NCBI GenBank assembly: GCA_951406725.2 | Contig: OX597820.1 | Coordinates: forward strand, 67,518,001-67,582,000 | DNA: 64,000 nt | Origin: Octopus vulgaris | Taxonomy: Eukaryota | Direction of reading: 5' to 3' | Shown here: positions 54,501-64,000 of the stretch, one piece after another | Numbering within the stretch: position 1 is the stretch's first letter | Layout: each line of letters begins with the position of its first letter | The notes under the pieces: model-generated | What the model was told of the DNA's origin: nothing | Database searches by the model: none | What the model saw: the letters and a program-made list of their open reading frames with translations, nothing else | Made by a program: the position numbers and the translations under genes

Positions 54501-55132
54501 ATATGTATATATATAATATATATATATGTATATGTATAATATATATATGTATAGAAACACATATACAAATATATGTGTGTGTGTGTTTGTGTTTATACAT
54601 ACAGACCTATATGTGCATGCATATATGTTTACATGATTATAACCACAAACATGTACACACACACACAAAAAATATTTGATTTAGAAAAATACATATACAT
54701 ACATGCATATATACATGTATTCAAACTTAATACATACATACATATGTATGTACGTACGTCAAGAAATTAGACATACATACAAACGTATATATGGTGTGTG
54801 TGTATGTGTGCGTGTATTTATAAGCGCACACATGAATGATTATACATCTTTTAATCAATATATTTGTATGGTTATATTTATATACACACACGCATACATA
54901 TATATGTATATATATATATATTTATACATGTATATATATATATATTTATATATATCATATATATACACATACAAACATATATATACATATACATATATAC
55001 GTACACACACATATAGATATATATAGATATACATATACGTATATATATGTGCATATATGTATGCATACGTATCTATCTCTATGTATGTATGTATGTATGT
55101 ATGTATGTATGTATGTATGTATGTATGTATGA

Positions 55133-55185
<53 letters not shown>

Positions 55186-55337
55186 GGTAAATGTATAAAT
55201 ATGAGAGCTCCTGAATTAGTTACATTACTTAAAAACAGTTTTTATATTATTTGGAAAATGGAATAAATGTAAACTGGTGTATCCAGTATACAAACATGCA
55301 CACAGACACACACACAGACACACACAGACATAATCAT

Positions 55338-55395
<58 letters not shown>

Positions 55396-55521
55396 TTTAA
55401 TATACATATTATATATATGTATATTACATATATGTGTAAATATATATGCATACATATACGCACACACACATATACGTATACTACATAAATTCACACACTC
55501 ATGAAACATACACCATAAACG

Positions 55522-55566
<45 letters not shown>

Positions 55567-56169
55567 ATAGGTGGTCATGTATGTGTGTGTAAGTGGTCAT
55601 GTATGTGTGTGTGTGTGTTTGTGTGTATAGGTGGTCATGTAAACATGAATATATTCTTAGGTTGCAGAAAACATTTTGCTAAATTTTGCACAAACTGCCC
55701 CTCTTTTACTTAACTTATTGACCCCTCTTTTTTTCTTCTCTCAGCTCTCCCCTTCATTGTCCATATATGTATGTATGTGTGTGTGTGTGTATGTGTGTGT
55801 GTGTTAGTGTGTGTGTGTGTGTGTGTGTGTGTATTTCTGTGTTACGTGTATGTGTGCTTGTCCCCGACCCACCGATGTTGGTATGTTTACGGCCACTGGT
55901 TAGCCACACGATATGGATAGAACAAATACCAGGCTTTAAAACCCCCTAAAGAAAACAAACCAACACTGGGGTGGATGCATTCTACAAAAGTTCTTAAAGA
56001 GGGAAAGGTATCCAACCATAGTCGCAGTGTAATGACAGAAACGTGTTAAAGAATAAAAGAATAAAAGAATGTATACACTCATTCGTACATAAACACATAC
56101 AAGCATACGTATATATGTACAAACACATACGATCACTTTCGCGCGTGTACACACACATCTACACACAGA

Positions 56170-56330
56170 GAAAAATTTTGTGTGATACTATGCTCGTCTC
56201 TGCGCTCGTCTCTCACTAAACAACTGGTATTGGTTATTTTATGTCTTCAGAAAAAAAAAAGGGTGGGAAAGAAGTAAAATTATGAAGTAAAAATAATGGT
56301 GGCTTCGATTTGGTCCACTTCGGCCGCAAT
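56170..56330 (+). pseudogene. Candidate PAN-like fragment
   Basis: KFCVILCSSL (C-x3-C) only. Confidence 0.2.
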
Positions 56331-56434
56331 TCCTGTGACTGAGGCAAATTAAAAAAATTCAATATGTACGACTGGGTATGTCTATAGATTTTGTAATAGA
56401 TACGTGAGAAATTACTTCATATGTGTAGGTGTGT

Positions 56435-56509
<75 letters not shown>

Positions 56510-56898
56510 CATATACATACACACACACAAACATACATATATGTATACACACAAACAGATATATATTTATATACACATACATAAATCCATACATAAGCAC
56601 GTATATAGATATATACATGCATATATATACGTATATAATTGTTAAATAGGACAGCCAAAATTAAGGCAAGGCAGATCACCTGTGAACTAAACCCTCATAC
56701 ATTGTATATTACGTATATATATATGAATATATATATGTATGAATATATATATATGTATATATTTGTATACATACATATTTATATATGTATATATGTGTAT
56801 ATGGATATGCATATATATGTATATGTGTATATATGTGTACATACATATATGTACATATATATGCACATATACGCGTATAGTTTTGTATATATATATGC

Positions 56899-56944
<46 letters not shown>

Positions 56945-56981
56945 TGATAAAAACGGTAAGACAACAAAAGCATTTTCCCGA

Positions 56982-57055
56982 TAGCCGGATGACTGAAGAG
57001 ATGGCGGCGTGGAATTCCACCTCGGCATCCGAAACTCGGAGGTTTATCATGGCTA
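56982..57055 (+). ncRNA. Type I hammerhead with long stem II (partly decayed)
   Basis: TAGCC..GATGA-CTGAAGA-GATGGCGGCGTGGAATTCCACCTCGGCATCC-GAAAC..GTT-TATC..GGCTA; sits in a (TA)n tract. Confidence 0.65.
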
Positions 57056-57080
57056 CCGAATAATTGTCACATAGTACATT

Positions 57081-57130
<50 letters not shown>

Positions 57131-57228
57131 CCTATATATACATGTATACACATACACACGCACATATATAGTTGTATATATAAGTACACACACATATACT
57201 TATATATGAACATGCATTTCTTTACTGT

Positions 57229-57277
<49 letters not shown>

Positions 57278-57483
57278 ATTGTTGGAAAACGATTATATTA
57301 ACTGTAGCGATATATTTTTGCTATGAAGTGCATATTTACTTTGAAAATGCCTTAGCTGTGTATACATCCTTGTCATGAAGATGTTTGCATGCGGTTTTCT
57401 ATGTACACACACACACACACATATACACACATAAACACACACACATATATATATGTATGTATATATATATATATATATTTACA

Positions 57484-57515
<32 letters not shown>

Positions 57516-57750
57516 ATATACCTAACTTCAAGCGTGCATATATATAAATAGTAATATGAATCACACACACGCACATATATATATATATAATTGTAAATAT
57601 ATATATATTTATATGCACAAAATATATATGTACATACATATACATAAATACATACATATATATATTCACATACACACACATATACACACATATATATATA
57701 CGTATATATAAATGTATTTTATATGTATATGTATATATATACATATACAT

Positions 57751-57792
<42 letters not shown>

Positions 57793-57860
57793 TTATAAAT
57801 TTTCATACATATACGCATTTATTCACACACACACACACACATATATGCATGTATATATAG

Positions 57861-57936
<76 letters not shown>

Positions 57937-57953
57937 CTATCTATGTATATGTA

Positions 57954-57984
<31 letters not shown>

Positions 57985-58179
57985 ATATATATTTTTTCTC
58001 TCTCTATATATATAAATACACGTAGATATACATTTATGTACATTCGTACATACAGCCAACTTTATGAATACATAGACATGTGTGTGTGTGTGTGCATATA
58101 TATATACATAAATACATACTTATATGCATACACATTCACACGCACATACACACACACACATATATATATATATATTCTC

Positions 58180-58608
58180 TTACTCTTTAATTCCTTTATT
58201 TGTTTCAGTCATTTCACTGCGGCCATGCTGGAGCACCGCGTTTAGTCGAACCAATCGACTCCAGGACTTATTCTTTGTAAGCGTAGTACTTATTTAATTA
58301 TCTTTTGCGGGACCGCTAAGTTACGGGAAAGTAAACACACCAACATCGGTTGTCAAGTGTTGGTGGGCAGACAAACGCAGACAAACATGTACATACATAC
58401 ATACATGCATACATACATACATACATACATACATACCTACATACATACATACATACATACATACATTCCCGTAAAGCAAATCCACACACAAAGCTTTTCG
58501 GTCCGTGGCTATAGGATAAAACGCTTACCCAAAGTGCCACGGTGTGGGATTGAACCCGGTACCATGTGGTTGGGAAGCAAGCTTATTACCATACAGTCAT
58601 TCCTACTC
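58180..58608 (-). mobile_element. SINE family A
   Basis: Family homology. Confidence 0.85.
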
Positions 58609-58621
58609 ATATATATATATA

Positions 58622-58775
58622 TAGGTGAAGGAGTGGCTGTGTGGCAAAAAGATTGCTTCCCAACCTCATGGTTCCGGGTTCATCCCCACTGCGTGGCAAC
58701 TTGGGTCAGAGTGTTCTCGTATAGCTACAGACCGACCAAAGTCTTGTGAGTGGATTCGGTAGACGAAACTGAAAC
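58622..58775 (+). mobile_element. SINE family A, 5' half, head-to-head with the previous copy
   Basis: Family homology. Confidence 0.85.
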
Positions 58776-58869
58776 ACACAAATACATACATACATACATA
58801 CATACATACATACATACATACATACATACATACATACATACATACACACACAAGTTTCTGGCAGATAAG

Positions 58870-61445
<2,576 letters not shown>

Positions 61446-61637
61446 TATTGAGTAGTCCCTCAGTTTAATTTAAAATTGATTTTATTTTAACAAAATAATA
61501 AACATTAATATATATAATATAATATATATTTTAATACATGGACATATCCAAGTAAAATTAACTAAAAACATATTTCATTAATCCCCTAAGTTTATTTTAT
61601 TAGTTACTAAATCACCATTGTACGCAAAATCTTGTCA

Positions 61638-61695
<58 letters not shown>

Positions 61696-61789
61696 AATGG
61701 GAGAAAGTTATATGATGTATAAAAACATATAATATACAAATAAATATCTGCAAATATAAAACCGTCCGAATTTCTGAGTACCTCATTTC

Positions 61790-61820
<31 letters not shown>

Positions 61821-62280
61821 GTTTATTTACTTACTAACGAATATATATATGCACACGCATGCGTATTGGCACATATGTATACATACATCAACCCGCATGC
61901 TCTTACGCATATACACCCAGTTTAACTTGATATATATATATGCGTCTAGTTAAGAGGTAAAGTGAATGATACGGATAGAAATAGAATGCTCACTGATATA
62001 GCATTGATACAACTACATGCTTATAACTATATCGCTATCATATTACCATTACACGTGGGAGCTTGAATGTATTGTAATCCGACACACACACACTCATTCC
62101 CAAACTCCTTCACTCACCCCCCCACCCCCCACCCAACGACCCACCCCCATACACACAGTCACATTCACTTTCTCACACAGATATGCGTATATATGTATAT
62201 GTATATATATATATATTATATATGTATATATATGTATATCTTATATTATATGTATGTTTGTATATATGTATATATATTTA

Positions 62281-62336
<56 letters not shown>

Positions 62337-62589
62337 CATACATACACACACGCATATATATATATATATATACTTATCTATGTGCTTGTATGTCCGTGTT
62401 CCTGTGTATGTATCCAATTATTGTATGAGTATGACTATACACACACACCACGCACATCTATATATACATACATTCACGAGCACATAAATGCGTATATCAT
62501 ACACACACAGCGTACACGTGTTATGATTTTACATACACGCACACTCACATATAATATAACCATACATACTTTTATGTAATTAATTATAA

Positions 62590-63421
62590 TATTGATGCCA
62601 AATGCAATATTGGATTCTTTAGACCATTGTGAAGCCCAATAACTTTTAGAGGAGGAAATATTTCTAAATGTGACGTTCATGCATTTTCCAAAAGAATTAA
62701 CAGCTCAAAGGCAGTCACATAGGTTGAACAAATTTCCAGATCTTCCCGTCCAGTGATTACCAAACGTTTTACGGCAATTTCTTATTCTTATAATATTTAT
62801 ATAATGTTCAATTATCAATACTAGTTATAGAATCTATTATCATCAGGAGAAATTCTGCATTCTATATTATAACAAATAAATCCCAGGATATTTTCCTGCA
62901 TTCATTATTATGTATATTTTTCGAACCCAATTTCGAATATTAATATGGCTAACCCCTCTGGTATTTGAGTTCAACATTTCGTGGAAGGGTTCTGAAATTA
63001 TATAAATGAATTGCATTGCTTATAATCAATAGGGCCAAATAACATTCTTTTGATAATTTGACACCGTAGAATATTAAATAATATTTACATCATGAAAATT
63101 TAGAAACTTCGAACGAACGTGAAATAATTTACTATATTACTCCAAGTAGATAAAACTATTGATAATAGCATGTAAATATTATTAAATAAAAGATTGCATT
63201 TTATCATTACATCAGGGAACGATAAAATACAAAGTTAACGCGGCTTTGATTTGAACTTGGGTCCGAAAATATGAAATCTAAATATCATGCATAATTCATT
63301 CAGATGGATATTTTATTGCATCAGTTAGTTTTCACCGCCCTAAACGAGGTATTATTAATAATAACACCCCCAATGTAATGAATGGAGGCGTGGCTATTAT
63401 AATAGATGGGCATAGCTTCAT
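62590..63421 (-). pseudogene. Candidate signal peptide plus multiple PAN-like modules
   Basis: MKLCPSIIIATPPFITLGVLLLII, AG|EPF...IRNWVRK..NNECRKISWD..ECRI, and SKSYWASQWSKESN (TGG at both C-x3-C positions). Confidence 0.5.
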
Positions 63422-63524
63422 AGCATGAACAATATCTGGTCAGGTATTGATATGTTATTAATGTTATTAAATTTACTTCATTCTCAAATCACTCAGCAGT
63501 CCCACTGTAGAATTTTCTGCCAGT

Positions 63525-63559
<35 letters not shown>

Positions 63560-64000
63560 CATGTATGTATACATGTATACATACATATATACATACATAT
63601 ATACATAATATACATGTATACATGTATACATACATATATACATACATATATACATACATATATACATAATATACATATATTATTTTATATATTTTCTCTG
63701 CACACACACACACTCACATATATATATATACAGAAAAGAATCATCTACATATAATTTTTGTTATACATGAATACATATGTATATATATGCACATACACAT
63801 ACACCACCCGCGCAAAAAAATTACGCAAAGGCACACACATGAATCGTTTGCAATCTACCTTATTTCCTTCTTTGTCTATCTACATATCTACTTCTATACG
63901 TACATACATACATGCATACATACATACATACATACATACATGCATACATACATACATACATACATACATGCATACATACATACATACATACATACATACA

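Overview
This is AT-rich eukaryotic DNA, most likely an octopus or other coleoid cephalopod (inferred from the SINE families and the extreme microsatellite load; not database-verified). Nearly all listed ORFs are translations of (TA)n, (CA)n, (TATG)n, (TATC)n or trinucleotide repeats, and I see no intact protein-coding gene. The window holds several tRNA-derived SINE families (many with target-site duplications), decayed RTE and L1/Tx1-like LINEs, a Penelope-like element (RT plus GIY-YIG remnant), mariner and Tc1 remnants, MITEs and a Helentron-associated (HINE-like) element. Two signals stand out. (1) A structurally complete type I hammerhead ribozyme (20243-20290) lies inside a 1.46-copy, 481-bp-period unit inserted in a (TA)n tract, which is retrozyme/pLTR-like; several other hammerhead-like motifs with core variants also sit in microsatellites. 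(2) The unique DNA between repeats repeatedly gives decayed exons with a signal-peptide-like segment followed by one or two PAN/apple-like C-x3-C-x5-7-C...C modules, on both strands. This suggests a cluster of roughly 15 pseudogenised copies of a small secreted-protein family (hand-read; needs HMM confirmation).
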